Shown: piece after piece, positions 13,485 to 25,025 of the stretch
How the letters are laid out: the number at the start of each line of letters is the position of its first letter
Numbering within the stretch: the first letter of the stretch is position 1
DNA from: Leptogorgia sarmentosa
Lineage: Eukaryota
Assembly (NCBI GenBank): GCA_964658305.1
Contig: OZ210885.1
Span: forward strand, 9,114,001-9,178,000
Length of the DNA: 64,000 bases
Direction: 5' to 3'
Program-made: the position numbers and the translations under genes
Notes under the pieces: model-generated
What the model saw: the letters and a program-made list of their open reading frames with translations, nothing else
What the model was told of the DNA's origin: nothing
Database searches by the model: none

Positions 13485-13648
13485 GACCAGCAGGTGAAAC
13501 CTTCTAAGATGCTATATCGTACATAAGGCTCTTTGATTAGGTTATTTATTTATTTTTATTTAATCAGTCTCCACATCTTGGATATACCTCATGCAACATA
13601 TTCGTGGCAATTGTCTCCACCGTGCTTCAAAGAAATCGAGAAAAATTG

Positions 13649-13733
13649 AGCCTCATCAGAGATTTGAACTCTGGACCCCTGGTTTACTAGCTGTTTTACT
13701 AGACAAGTGCTCTAACCCCTAAGCTAATGAGGC
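13649..13733 (-). tRNA. tRNA-Thr(AGT) with a 12-nt duplication in the anticodon loop (probable pseudogene)
   Basis: GCCTCATTAGCTTAGGGGTTAGAGCACTTGTCTAGTA[AAACAGCTAGTA]AACCAGGGGTCCAGAGTTCAAATCTCTGATGAGGCT. Confidence 0.7.
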
Positions 13734-14044
13734 ACGTTGTCAACTCCCTGTTGCTTTCACAAGCTTGCCGTTGAATTTTATTACCTAATTTACCTTTGCT
13801 ATTCTTCACTAATTCATTCATATTGCAAAATGATTAAAATTCAGATTATATGTCCTGGTTTTCTACCTTTGACAAACGATTACTCCAGATTCGATAAGTC
13901 TGTAAGAAGTTCCTCACTTCCTGTTACAAGTTCCCCGCTTATTGACTTCCTGTGTGAAAGTTGTAACTTAAAACCACGAAATAGCACCACAAATTTCGAA
14001 CAATAATTATCTAAACTGAATTATATTATTTTGCGCGTAGGTCA

Positions 14045-14117
14045 GTTTCCGTAGTGTAGTGGTTATCATCTGCGCTTAACACGCGCAAGGTCCTCAGTTC
14101 GAACCTGGGCGGAAACA
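14045..14117 (+). tRNA. tRNA-Val(AAC)
   Basis: GTTTCCGTAGTGTAGTGG...TTAACAC...GTTCGAACCTGGGCGGAAACA folds as a cloverleaf; downstream T-run. Confidence 0.92.
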
Positions 14118-14248
14118 TTCATATGAGCTTTTTTAACTGCAGATATTTTTTTCTATGGAATTTTTCGGAAACATATTCTTGGTGATATCGAATTTGTGTA
14201 AATAGATCAGCTCTGAAAAGAAATGTTCTCAATTTTTTGTAAATTTGT

Positions 14249-14372
14249 TGTCAGGAGTGGGATTCGAACACACGACCACATGTGTGGACCAGAACGCCCT
14301 ATTATGTCAAGGTTGATCGTGACAAGTTTTTGCACTTGAGTCTGGCACCTTAGACCGCTCGGCCATCCTGAC
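14249..14372 (-). tRNA. tRNA-Leu(CAA) with a 40-nt intron (14295-14334); T-stem mismatch
   Basis: GTCAGGATGGCCGAGCGGTCTAAGG..CCAGACTCAAG[intron]TTCTGG...TTCGAATCCCACTCCTGACA. Confidence 0.88.
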
Positions 14373-14947
14373 ACGCATGAAAACATAGAATTTCCTACCA
14401 AATTTATTCTTTGCTACCTTCAACATGCCACATCCCGTTCTGATTTTCTCTTAACAACTATTTTGTTACAATTTTTTCTATAATCCCAGTTAAAATCAAA
14501 CGATTTAAAACCATTGGGAAATTTGAATGGTCACCGGAAATACTGTGTTTATTTTATTGCTGCCGAGCGTAGCGAGGACACTATTCTTGACACGCGGTGA
14601 TTTCCCCAGAGTCTACTCGACCCAGTCTTTCGCGCGAGTTATGTATTGTCGATATCGAGATTTGTGTCTGTCTGTAAAGATGTTTGTTTCTGGGGGCATA
14701 ATTAAGCTTCAGGGACGTTTGTTAAAGGAGGGGAGGGGTCAGAATAATTAAGCTTCAGGGACGTAAACAAGATATTATATTGCGCACGCATCTCCATGTG
14801 CTTCAAAAATCGAAAGATTTTTACAAAAGCGTTTCATACGGATGCAAGATTGTGCTAATGTTTTATGCGTTGTGGTTGGGTAATTTGGTATTTGTGCCGA
14901 TCACACATCAATGACAGAAGCAATGTTCAGAATGCTAGCCCTAATAG

Positions 14948-15010
14948 ACTGTTAGGGTTAGTGTTTACTATACTATTAGTAATAGTATAGTAAACACTAA
15001 CCCTAACAGT
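14948..15010. repeat. Perfect 63-bp palindrome (31-bp arms) containing TTAGGG
   Basis: ACTGTTAGGGTTAGTGTTTACTATACTATTA-G-TAATAGTATAGTAAACACTAACCCTAACAGT. Confidence 0.9.
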
Positions 15011-15542
15011 AAACCTTCACCCTAACTAGCGTGCTGTTGCTTTTTAAAGAACGGGACATAAACACAATATGCGCACTGAATCGCATTTTTAATTATTATG
15101 TTGAGCTTGCGAATAAAAAACGAGATATAAACGTGTTAAAGTTAATTGCTGCCGACCGAAGGGAGGCATCATACTATTCTTGCGGTGGTAACTTGTGTCC
15201 AGACCTCTCCACGGAGTTCTGCATGTTAGTCGTCCAAAATCGAGATTTGTTTCGTGACGTAGGCAATTTTATGACGTAAATCGAGAGATCAGCGGGTACT
15301 GGACAGACCAACTGACGAGGACTATTTTTGGATGTTTTCGAAATTCCTAGCTGTTCGAAGTTTTGCTCATTTGCTGGCCGACATCGCCATCGCAATTCGT
15401 AAATAGCGGGCAAACTCAGATGTGTGACACAGTAGAACTCGTCACAACAAGATAGCCATAATTTTAAATCGGTTGATGATAGGCAACATATTTGCGTGCT
15501 TTCGCATTTATAGCTTTCGTGTTTGTTTTCGCCATCTCCGAC

Positions 15543-16528
15543 GCAATTATCCGTTTCGTAAACCGCCAGGGTCACCAGTTACAATCAGTGTCACCACTTC
15601 TAACATACGTCACATCCGGCTTTAAATTTAGTAATACACCAGGTGATCTCGATACACGGAAAAAGACTGGGACTAGCTGTCAAATAGAAATCCATTTTTC
15701 GACCGAAACAACTGAATATCTCTCATAATATACTTTATTTCGATTCCATATTTTTGTCAGAGCTATAGTTCTCATTACCAAACATAATTACAAAATTTCA
15801 AGTAGTTTCGTACAGAATAACGAAAGATATAATCGTGTGAATATAGCAAAATGGATTTCTATTCGGGCAACCCTTTCTGAGCGCTGATTGGCTGAAACAC
15901 GAATACGAGATCATCTGGCATGAAGTCCATTTATTCTTATAAATAGCCGCTTTTTAGCGGATTTTTAGCGAGCAAATTACACGCCTAAAAAAAATTTTGA
16001 GCCCACTGTCAACAGCATTGAACAATGTTGTGCTGCTGTGCTGCCGATATTGTTCACGCTTGTTAACAATGTTGAACAATGTTGTTGAGACTGAATCGGG
16101 TGTAACAATATTGCATCAATGTTGTTGACAACTGCGAACAATGTGGGCAGCACAACATTGTTCAATCCTGTTTCATCAATGTTGCATCATGAGCGTTTTT
16201 ATCCGTGTACGAGCGTGTTTGGTATGGGTGCTGTACTCGACGTAGCTTAAGCGGAGCCGGGCGAAGGTTGCTTTCACTTGCATAACTCCCGATTTGTTTC
16301 TTTTTGGAAAAATTTGAAAACATTTTTTTAAAACCCTAAACTGCTTTAAGTGTTTAGAGTTTGACTGTTATAAGGTTAGGGTTAGGTTTAGCGTTTGGGT
16401 TTAGTTTAATTTATAAGAATAAATGGACTTCATGTATTACTAAATTTAAAGCCGGATGTGACGTATATTAAAAGTGGTGACACTGATTGTAACTGGTGAC
16501 CCTGGCGGTTTACGAAACGGAAAATTGC
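15543..16528. mobile_element. MULE-like MITE with about 95-bp TIRs; nested small element at about 15980-16207
   Basis: GCAATTATCCGTTTCGTAAACCGCCAGGG / CCCTGGCGGTTTACGAAACGGAAAATTGC; 9-bp TSD ATCTCCGAC; GGTTAGGGTTAGG motif near 16375. Confidence 0.85.
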
Positions 16529-17742
16529 ATCTCCGACTTTTCGTCGCCTCGCGGTATTGCCATTCATTTACTAATGTACTCCTGATGCAAAAGAATGATT
16601 TACTACAATTAAACTCAGCCGGTTGCTCTTTGTTGCTTTGTAATGCGACTACAGTATATGACTCGACAACACTGGTATGAAAAGAGTCGACGGCATCACT
16701 AAGCTTGAGTTGTTTGTTTACGGGACATACCGGGGATTTACAGAATTTTCGATACTAAAAGAACTAAACCACATATAGGAATACAAAAGTAAATCCAACG
16801 TTGGCCTGATACTGTAAGTAAACTGGATATTTTATTACGACGCAGAAGTAGCGCGCACTTTATGATTTAACTCATTTAAAATCATTTGTTCAGCACGATG
16901 TATATATTATAATTTTAATAAGGTCAGATGTCAGAGATTTATCTGATTTGCTTTTAACACGCGCGCTGCTGCGATTGCCAGTTGCTCCTGACAATAAAAT
17001 AGTGATTACTTTCTCGTATCACGTCCGCAATGTTTCCTTAGTTTTCTTTTAAAAAATATGATTTTAGTGTTAATATAAAACTGTTTGCTTCCGGTGATTC
17101 CGATGAGTCTGCTGTTGACGCGTTTGGCAAGGGCGCTGCGTGCGAAAAACCTGAGCGAGGTCTGGCGGCCACTGAGCCACAGATTAAGACTCTTAATCTG
17201 TGACTGAGCTAATGAATCACAGTCTTTCTTTAACTCAGTGGGTCTGGCACGGTTTTGTTTTTGTTGAAAGATCACTCACTTTCCTAAAAACTTCCGAAGA
17301 CATTCTTTGATTTTTTCTCACTCTCTCGAATTGTTTTTAGTGGTTAGGGTTAGGATGCTACGGTTAGGGTTAGATTTATGGTTTGGGACTTGTTTATTTT
17401 GTGAAAATTACGTGCCAAAGTAAGTGGGTGCTTCAGTGGATACGGCAGCACTTTCCTTGCGATAGTAACTCCTAGTTTTTGTATTATGTTGCTAACGTTT
17501 TGGCCGGTGAAATTGAGGGTTTGCCATACATTTCGTGTAGTGTAAAAGCGATATATACTCGTTTATAAGAGCTCTTTAACGGGTAAAATGATAAAGAAGT
17601 GAAAAATTCAAGAATGTAGAATTTTACTATTTTTACCGTTATGGATGAAATCGTGAGTTTTCCCAAAATATGGATAAGAAGCGTCAGCGTGTGAAACTTA
17701 TGTGAGCTGAATCAACCACAACGTCGATGAACAACGAAAATT

Positions 17743-17817
17743 TGGCAACGGTGGGATTCGAACCCAGGTCATCGAAATTACTGGTGCCTTAAACCAGCGC
17801 CTTAGGCCACTCGGCCA
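17743..17817 (-). pseudogene. tRNA-Leu(AAG) pseudogene, 5' end lost
   Basis: Homologous to the Leu gene at 19573; anticodon arm CTGGTTTAAGGCACCAG; acceptor 5' strand missing. Confidence 0.75.
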
Positions 17818-17898
17818 CATCGTTTAAAAAGATGCCTTTCTGTATCACAGAAATGAAGAAACGTTAAACAATTCGGAACATTTATATTATCGTGTTAA

Positions 17899-17962
17899 GG
17901 TTCTGTGGTGTAATGGTTAGCACTTTGGACTACCAACTATTCTACCACTGAACCACCAACGC
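17899..17962. pseudogene. Fused tRNA fragments: 5' half of tRNA-Gln (+) and 5' part of tRNA-Gly (-)
   Basis: GGTTCTGTGGTGTAATGGTTAGCACTTTGGACT abuts ATTCTACCACTGAACCACCAACGC; deletion junction. Confidence 0.7.
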
Positions 17963-18247
17963 AAAGTCTCCCAATTCTTACGTTATAATGTTCATATTCC
18001 CCAAGATGCCGAACATTTGCACCAAATATCTTCAAATAATAAATCAGAGTAAGTTTTTGGAAATTGTTTCACTTTAGACCTGATCAGCAAAATCATTTTT
18101 TTTTGTGCAAAAGGAAGATCATTTCAACAAAGAATTAAATACCAAAAATACAAAAAGAATGGGTAAGAGGGATAGAGCTAATATAATAGCAATGGTTTTG
18201 CTGATTTCTCTAATTGCATATTTTTTTTTCTTCTCTCGCAAGTGGTA

Positions 18248-18319
18248 TTCCCATGCCGGGAATCGAACCCGGGCCTTGGCGGTGAGAGCGCCAGATCCTG
18301 ACCACTGGACTACATGGGA
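18248..18319 (-). tRNA. tRNA-Glu(CTC)
   Basis: TCCCATGTAGTCCAGTGGTCAGGATCTGGCGCTCTCACCGCCAAGGCCCGGGTTCGATTCCCGGCATGGGAA. Confidence 0.92.
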
Positions 18320-18413
18320 GAAACATTTACCTTTTCTCGGAATGTGAAAATAACGATAATATTTTTAATTTGAATTTCGCAGAAAATTTCGAGAGAGCGT
18401 GGCAAGAAGTGTT

Positions 18414-18486
18414 TGCCCTTGAAGTGAATTGAACACTTAACCTTCTGATCTGGAGTCAGACGCGCTAACAATTGGGCCACAAGGTC
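18414..18486 (-). pseudogene. tRNA-Trp(CCA), degenerate
   Basis: TCTGACTCCAGATCAGA anticodon arm; mismatched D and acceptor stems. Confidence 0.75.
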
Positions 18487-18623
18487 GTAGCGCTGTTAAA
18501 ATGGTTTGGGTTCAGAGAACGCGTTTGTGAACGAGTTTGAGAATGTGAACACAAGCTACTTTAAATTTAAATTTTCGGAAAATATTTTTTTTGATGTTTT
18601 TTTTCCTTCTCTCGCAAGTATTA

Positions 18624-18695
18624 TTCCCACGCCGGGAATCGAACCCGGGCCATGGCGGTGAAAACGCCAGATCCTAACCACTAGACCACATGGGA
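18624..18695 (-). tRNA. tRNA-Glu(TTC)
   Basis: TCCCATGTGGTCTAGTGGTTAGGATCTGGCGTTTTCACCGCCATGGCCCGGGTTCGATTCCCGGCGTGGGAA. Confidence 0.92.
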
Positions 18696-18785
18696 GTGAT
18701 AACTTGTTGACTATTCCTGTGTTACAAAGCCAGTTTGTTTCTCGTGTTGAAGTTGTAATTGAAATGCAACAAAATGAAAATAATC

Positions 18786-18856
18786 TGCGTTAGCGGGGAA
18801 TCGAACCCCAGTCTCCCGCGTGGCAGGCAAGAATTCTACTACAGAGCCACCAACGC
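18786..18856 (-). tRNA. tRNA-Gly(GCC), degenerate D arm (possible pseudogene)
   Basis: GCGTTGGTGGCTCTGTAGTAGAATTCTTGCCTGCCACGCGGGAGACTGGGGTTCGATTCCCCGCTAACGCA. Confidence 0.75.
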
Positions 18857-18883
18857 AAAGTTGCCCCAATTGCCAGAAGTGTT

Positions 18884-18948
18884 TGTCCTTGAAGTGAATT
18901 GAACACTTAACCAGCTGATCTGGAGTCTACGCGCTACCAATTGCGCCA
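18884..18948 (-). pseudogene. tRNA-Trp pseudogene (second copy)
   Basis: Paralogous to 18414-18486, with deletions. Confidence 0.65.
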
Positions 18949-19572
18949 TCAGAAAATTTTTGGGATCATTTCGCGGCTTGGTTACTAAGCATTCATTTAC
19001 TTTATTATGTTGTATTGCAAAATCTATTCATACAAAAGGTTTTTACAGGCAATTTTGTCGAGCTTCGTTAGCTCAGGAGTTACGGTCCCGACTCGCCAGT
19101 AGCGACCCTATTGTGCAAGTTAGCGACCCTAACGTGCAAGTTTCGGCAGAGCCTATTTTTGAATATTTTTGAATGCAGCGATTTTTATTGCCTTCCCCTT
19201 CCACCATCCATGTTGCAATTAAGAGTTAATCGAATCAAATTGATCCAAGAGAGAGATTAATGACAAGTTGAACTTGTTATTTTAGGTACTAAAGAGATAC
19301 TAAGGGATAGAAACCAATGCAAAAGCAATGACCAAATCGTTTTTCCAATATTACGGAAATTCGTAGGTTTTTCAGCCAATCGAATAGTTTTTCCTTAGTT
19401 CGAATTAGATATTTATTAATCGTGTCAGCAAGCAAACGAGGGTAAAATTAGAATATATTAATTTTACTTTCTTCCGTTGTGGGTTGAATTATGAATTTTT
19501 ACAAATAATAGAAAAGAAGTATTACGTTTTAAAACTAATATCAGCTCAATACAGCCATGAACAACGAAAATT

Positions 19573-19654
19573 TGGCAGCGGTGGGATTCGAAACCACGTC
19601 ATCGAAATGACTGGTGCCTAAAACCAGCGCCTTAGACCACTCGGCCACGCTACC
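19573..19654 (-). tRNA. tRNA-Leu(TAG), B-box G53 mutated
   Basis: GGTAGCGTGGCCGAGTGGTCTAAGGCGCTGGTTTTAGGCACCAG...GTGGTTTCGAATCCCACCGCTGCCA. Confidence 0.85.
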
Positions 19655-19782
19655 TGTGACTTGTTGCATACATGATTCGTGTTCAGAAAATATCCACGTC
19701 CGCCATTGAAGAGTGTTCCTTTTGCTGTGAAAGAAAGGAAGAAACGTTAAAGAATTGGGAAACTTTGTACAGATTGTGTTAA

Positions 19783-19854
19783 GGTTCTGTGGTGTAATGG
19801 TTAGCACTTTGGACTTTGAATCCAGCGATCCGAGTTCAAGTCTCGGCAGAACCT
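19783..19854 (+). tRNA. tRNA-Gln(TTG)
   Basis: GGTTCTGTGGTGTAATGGTTAGCACTTTGGACTTTGAATCCAGCGATCCGAGTTCAAGTCTCGGCAGAACCT. Confidence 0.93.
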
Positions 19855-20234
19855 ATTTGGACATTTCAATATTTTCCCCGAGGCACGGCGCTTAGCGCCG
19901 TCCGGGCGTCAGCCCGGGGCGAGGGTAATAATTCCGCACGGCTATTTATACCCGGGTAAAGGAGTGCATAGCGGTAAATAACATAAAAAATATATATATA
20001 TAACATATTTATATCCCTACCTTGAAATTACAAATATTTGAAGATATTTTGCCTCGTGTATTTACCTTATTTTAGTGGTGATTTTGGTCATACACTACAG
20101 GTGAACCGAACACTAATTCGTTGTCATTAATTTTGTCGCTGAAATCATCGTAAATGCCATCCCAGGGCTTTTGCAACTTCAAAAATTTTCTGGGGAAAAA
20201 CATCCCAGACCGCCTTATAGAATGTCACCTGCAC

Positions 20235-20438
20235 AAGCACAAACAGTTTAAAACACTACATAGGCATGACAGCAAGCACATTTAAAGAATGATATGGAAA
20301 CCACATTAAGTCTTTTAACCACAAAAGTTACTCAAATGAAACAAAACTTCCGAAATATATTTGGGGACTATAAAAGATAATAAGATAGATTTCGACATTA
20401 CGTGGTCAATAATTGAACAGTGTATTTCGTATACGGGG
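20235..20438 (+). mobile_element. Penelope-like element fragment (GIY-YIG endonuclease remnant)
   Basis: Translates as YIGMTASTFKE*YGNHIKSFNHKSYSNETKLPKYIWGL../DNKIDFDITWSII, with stops and a frameshift. Confidence 0.7.
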
Positions 20439-21507
20439 TTTATATTTCACCACTTCTAAAAACCTGGGAAGATTTTTTCATGACACGAAGATAGACTAAT
20501 TCAGTAATGTAATATTGGCCAGTTTTTGAAAAGCTTGGGAAATATATTTTTCCCCGTGACATGATGATACGAAGTCGGACTATAGTTACGTATCGTAATA
20601 TACGTTGTAGGTGAAACAGTATTATGTCAGTGGACATAAAAACAAAACGCAAATGGCTCGATAGATAATCAGCAAGTAGCAAAGGCCGAAGTTCCTGCTC
20701 TGTGAGCTGTCAAACTTGGCACTATATTTATCTATAAGCCAAAGATAATGCATAGCGACAGGGATTATAAATACGAGATGTAAAATGAAATAAAGTTGGA
20801 TCTGAGCTTTCGGGACTGATCACTGCATACATACATACAAACTGCTAGTAAATACACATTGTCTGAATGAACATGCCAAAGATTTCTGAAACGAACATGC
20901 CAACTCGGCGTCTCCCTTCTGGCCCAAAATTCTTCTGATCTCTATGTGTGTCTGCTGTCTACCATTCCCGCACTCACACTGTTATTTTCAATGTGCTATC
21001 CCTATTTTAACACCAAAAAGAGGGGCTACGAGTAGATTACCTCGCACATACTAATTATAGTATGTAAAAATGGGAAGTGCATTCGCGCCGGAAGGAATTA
21101 GTATGCAGAGTCCTGCAGAATATTAATATGCAGAATGACGTGAGAGTAATGGCGTGTATCTTTTTATTAAAAAATATTTTACAAGTGTTTACAATTTATC
21201 ATAAAGTTTTAGCAATTTGTTTTTGAGATAATTCTGGTATGCCGTATCTTGTTCCTTGCTTTCGAATGTATCCTTTGAGTATCTGAAGATTGGTGTGAAG
21301 TAACATTCATGGAATGATCCAGGAGGGTTTTCCATTTCTTTTAGGACATAGACTAGTACTGGATTGTCTATAGTTTCTTGAAATAATGATTCGACTAAAA
21401 GAAGATAGGATTTTTGTTTCATTTGAAGTAAGTACTCACCAAATTCATTTTGGTAGGGAATATTTAGGATTTCAATAATATGTAGCTATGAATTTTTCCC
21501 AAACGGT

Positions 21508-22135
21508 TTGATCTGCATTTTGCATAGCATTGAGACCGTACATTTCCCATTTTTCAAAATCATTGGTAGCTCCTTTGGCCATGAATGTCTCGAAAGACAT
21601 AAATTAAATATGCTTGATTGTGCCAGAAAGGATTTATTGCCCGTCCCTGAGTACGCCACGGTGGAAGGATGGGTGAAATACGTAGATTTGATGTACAATA
21701 ACATCACTGCCATCAACATTTCTTCACCTTTAAAATCATTCCCAAACCTGACCACTATAAATCTTCGCCACAACCCCGTAAAATGCATCATTGGTCCGCC
21801 CCTGATAATAATCGACAGCGACTGTCCCTCTCAAAATACTCCATCAACGGTTTCTCCTACAACTCAAATATACGCTACAACTCAAATATACGCTACAACC
21901 CACAGGAAATCAATCAACCACAACTTTAAGCTCCATCTCCACAACAGTCGCCACTGGTGCTAAAAATTTGTATTGTTTTCGTTTGTTTCCTGTTTGTTTA
22001 TCGTGCAAAACGCCGTCCAGATCGTCCTCCCAACTCATTCGCTTTGGAAAACCTTCACGACTCCTCTGAGACTTTCTCCATCTCATCAACCGATAGCGAA
22101 AACATTTGGTACAATCGTAACGAAAGCATTTTATA
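21508..22135 (+). pseudogene. Intronless LRR - Thr-rich stalk - TM protein gene (frameshifted)
   Basis: LDCARKDL..VP...VKYVDLMYNNITAIN...FPNLTTINLRHNPVKC...DSDC, then a T-rich stalk; a shifted frame gives hydrophobic ICIVFVCFLFVY, RAKRR and an acidic tail. Confidence 0.6.
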
Positions 22136-22136
22136 A

Positions 22137-22649
22137 CACCCGTTAAACAAAGACCTCAACGGGTAGTACCCGATATTTCTCAATTGAGAACATGGGTAGT
22201 GCCCACGCTGGACTGTCGTCTAAGTAGCCTGGCCTGGTAAATTATGAACAGTGATTGCCCGGGTCTATAATCATATGCATTTAGCCATGCCAGAGTGGTC
22301 AACAGCGAGCTCGATTTAGCTCAAGTGGTAAGGCGCGGGGCGTGCGTTGCAGTTCTATAGTTCAAGCCCCGGTTCGACACATTTTTTCAGCGTTAGTGAT
22401 GAAAACTTTTTTTTCCTCAATATTATTCTGACCACAATGGTCAGGGTTAGGATTCTAGGGTTTGGGTTGGGATTAAGGAAATTCTTAGTATATAGAAAAA
22501 TGGTTTATATCTAACACTATATAACTATATCAAGAGTAATACTGAAACGCCGATCAGCAAGCTTAGGCGATAGTCCAGCGCGGGCATTACCCGTGTTCTC
22601 AATTGAGAAATATTGGGTACTACCCGTTGAGGTCTTTGTTCAACGGCTG
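22137..22649. mobile_element. TIR MITE (CA..TG ends, 7-bp TSD; P-element-like) with tRNA-like cassette, copy 1
   Basis: About 80-bp imperfect TIRs; TSD TTTATAA; second copy at 58853-59364. Confidence 0.85.
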
Positions 22650-22969
22650 TTTATAACTTTTCATCTAAGCTTAATATTTCATTTTGTTGATATTTGCATC
22701 GCAGACGGTAGACTAAACATGCATCGCAGACGGTAGACTAAATATTGTTATTAGTAAATGTCATATGTTACTTGTCACGCGACACGAATAGCTATGACTG
22801 ACACATGGGCGTTCTTTGCGGTTACGTCATTTTAACACAAACCCTAATAACTCTGACGCTATTAAATATTCAAAGTACGCCCATTAGTTAATCACGGCGA
22901 CCCAGATATATTTACACTGCTATCCTGCGAGTAGCAAGTGACAACAATTCAATTTCAGAAGGCCTCTGT

Positions 22970-23279
22970 CAAGGCCGTCGGAAGCAAATATACATTGGGG
23001 GGGGGGGGGGGGCTCGCCAGAAGCCTCAGCACTAGGTGAATGCCGATGGCGTTCGCGCTGCTAGGGGGTATGCCCCCCGTAGAAAATTTTGAAGTCTAGA
23101 ACCCCCGAAAATAGGATTTCCAGCGTTTTGGGAAATACATTTTTGATTTTTTAGAATTCTGAAGATCAGGTTCGCATTTTTTCTAGTCTGAGTGTTTTGT
23201 TTTGGTTTGTTTTGTATATGTAAAAATTATTGGGGGGCTCAAGGCCCCCCAGCCTCCCCCCCCGCTTCCGACTGCCTTG
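22970..23279. mobile_element. hAT-like MITE with G-rich subtermini
   Basis: CAAGGCCGTCGGAAGC / GCTTCCGACTGCCTTG; flanking CCTCTGT duplication; second copy at about 48173-48504. Confidence 0.8.
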
Positions 23280-23569
23280 CCTCTGTTCTCCTGCGCCTCC
23301 TTGAGGCCGTCTTGTGATGCGAAGCTTACGTATAACAATCAAGCTCAAAAGCAAAAGTACTCCAGCTGACAATCCGGTATAAATGGCATAATATGGAAAG
23401 GTCGACGTTGAGGGTTTACTTGTTGCTGTAATTCTGGGTCGAGTCGTTAGGTCTATGGTTTCAGTTGAAATTAAAGTCTTGCGTAAGCTTAAAGTCAGGG
23501 TTTGGATTAAGGCCTTGAGTGATAACGAGGTTTAAAGTTCGAAATACAGCTTGGGGTGAAAATGAAATC

Positions 23570-24125
23570 AATGTCTTCGATGAGGTTAAAATAAGGGGGG
23601 TGGTCACGATCTTCGTTGAGGTTAAAATAAGGGGGGTGGTCACGATCATCGATGAGGTGGAAATAAAGGGGGTGGTCACGATCTTCGATGAGGTGGAAAT
23701 AAAGGGGGGTGGTCACGATCATCGATGAGGTGGAAATAAAGGGGGTGGTCACGATCATCGATGAGGTGGAAATAAAGGGGGTGGTCACGATCTTCGATGA
23801 GGTGGAAATAAAGGGGGGTGGTCACGATCTTCGATGAGGTGGAAATAAAGGGGGTGGTCACGATCATCGATGAGGTGGAAATAAAGGGGGGTGGTCACGA
23901 TCTTCGATGAGGTGGAAATAAAGGGGGTGGTCACGATCTTTGATGAGGTGGAAATAAGGGGGGTGGTCACGATCTTCGATGAGGTGGAAATAAAGGGCTG
24001 GTCACGATCTTTGATGAGGTGGAAATAAGGGGGGTGCTCACGATCTTCGATGAGGTTAAAATAAGGGGGGTGGTCACGATCTTCGATGAGGTGGAAATAA
24101 GGGGGCTGGTCACGATCTTCGATGA
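23570..24125. repeat. 36-37-bp minisatellite, about 15 copies
   Basis: Unit GATGAGGTGGAAATAAAGGGGGTGGTCACGATCTTC; G-run length varies between units. Confidence 0.95.
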
Positions 24126-24256
24126 GATCAATGTCTTTGTTGGAATTAAGGTCTGGGACGAGATTAAACTTTAAAGGAAAATGTGGTTGAGGTTGGGCTG
24201 GATTTGCTTGACACCACGTTTGGCGTGCCTATTTGAAAAAAATAGACTGTATAGAC

Positions 24257-24829
24257 TGTAGGTTTGAAACTTGACTTACACCTTGCCATTTCCATGGTAA
24301 CGTAGCGCATGCACATGTTTAGGGGTTTAGTTTAGGTTTCGGGTTTCAATGTTATACAAAGGCTGCAGAGCGAGAACGCTAAGCAAACTATTATCAAGTA
24401 ACGCGGTCGAAAGATCTATTTTTGTTATACAAGTTGGTGTGCGCCGACCAAAGTAAGTTATATTCACCTTGTCGTATAGTTAGTTTTGGTCTTATCTTAT
24501 TATCTATAGCGTAACATGTTGTAGTATTCATGTATATGCATGTTAGTCTTGCGCGCATGCCGTAATCTGTGTAATTCTTTTCCTAATTGTATAGTTCGAA
24601 CCATACTCATTCCATACCAATCCTATTAATCATCTATCTATCGATACCTACAACCTTTAATCTCAACCTGCTACCAAGCTATATCGACAACAGAACATTC
24701 ATTATTAACTGGTATTAAAGTTATTGTTTGGTGTGTGTATGTGTGTGAAGTTCGTATTATTGCTGCGCATCATACTTGTATTGACTCTTGGACATTGCGT
24801 CTTTCAATAATCTGCCCAGAGAGTCTACA
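24257..24829 (+). repeat. LTR 1 (573 bp; lacks 10 bp TCGCCTGCAG)
   Basis: TG..CA ends; direct repeat of 31036-31618 and 37812-38394. Confidence 0.95.
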
Positions 24830-25025
24830 TTAGTTCGAATTTGAAGGCACAGTTTACTAAAATCCTGCGCTCGAAGCAAATATTCACAGAGCACATCGTG
24901 TTACTGACGCGTTACATTTCAATCAAGTCCGATCAAGGCTGTCAACACGCTCGGCGGTGATCGACTTAACTGCGCCTGCGGCAACCGTATCAAATAATCC
25001 ATGTCTACGTAGTTAACACCTGAGA

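Noticed and set aside
16340..16410. Interstitial telomere or chromosome fusion site
   Set aside because: Only 2-3 degenerate TTAGGG units, and they sit inside a TIR element.
23570..24125. 36-bp repeat array as a CRISPR
   Set aside because: Units are contiguous with no unique spacers, there are no cas genes, and the context is eukaryotic; it is a minisatellite.
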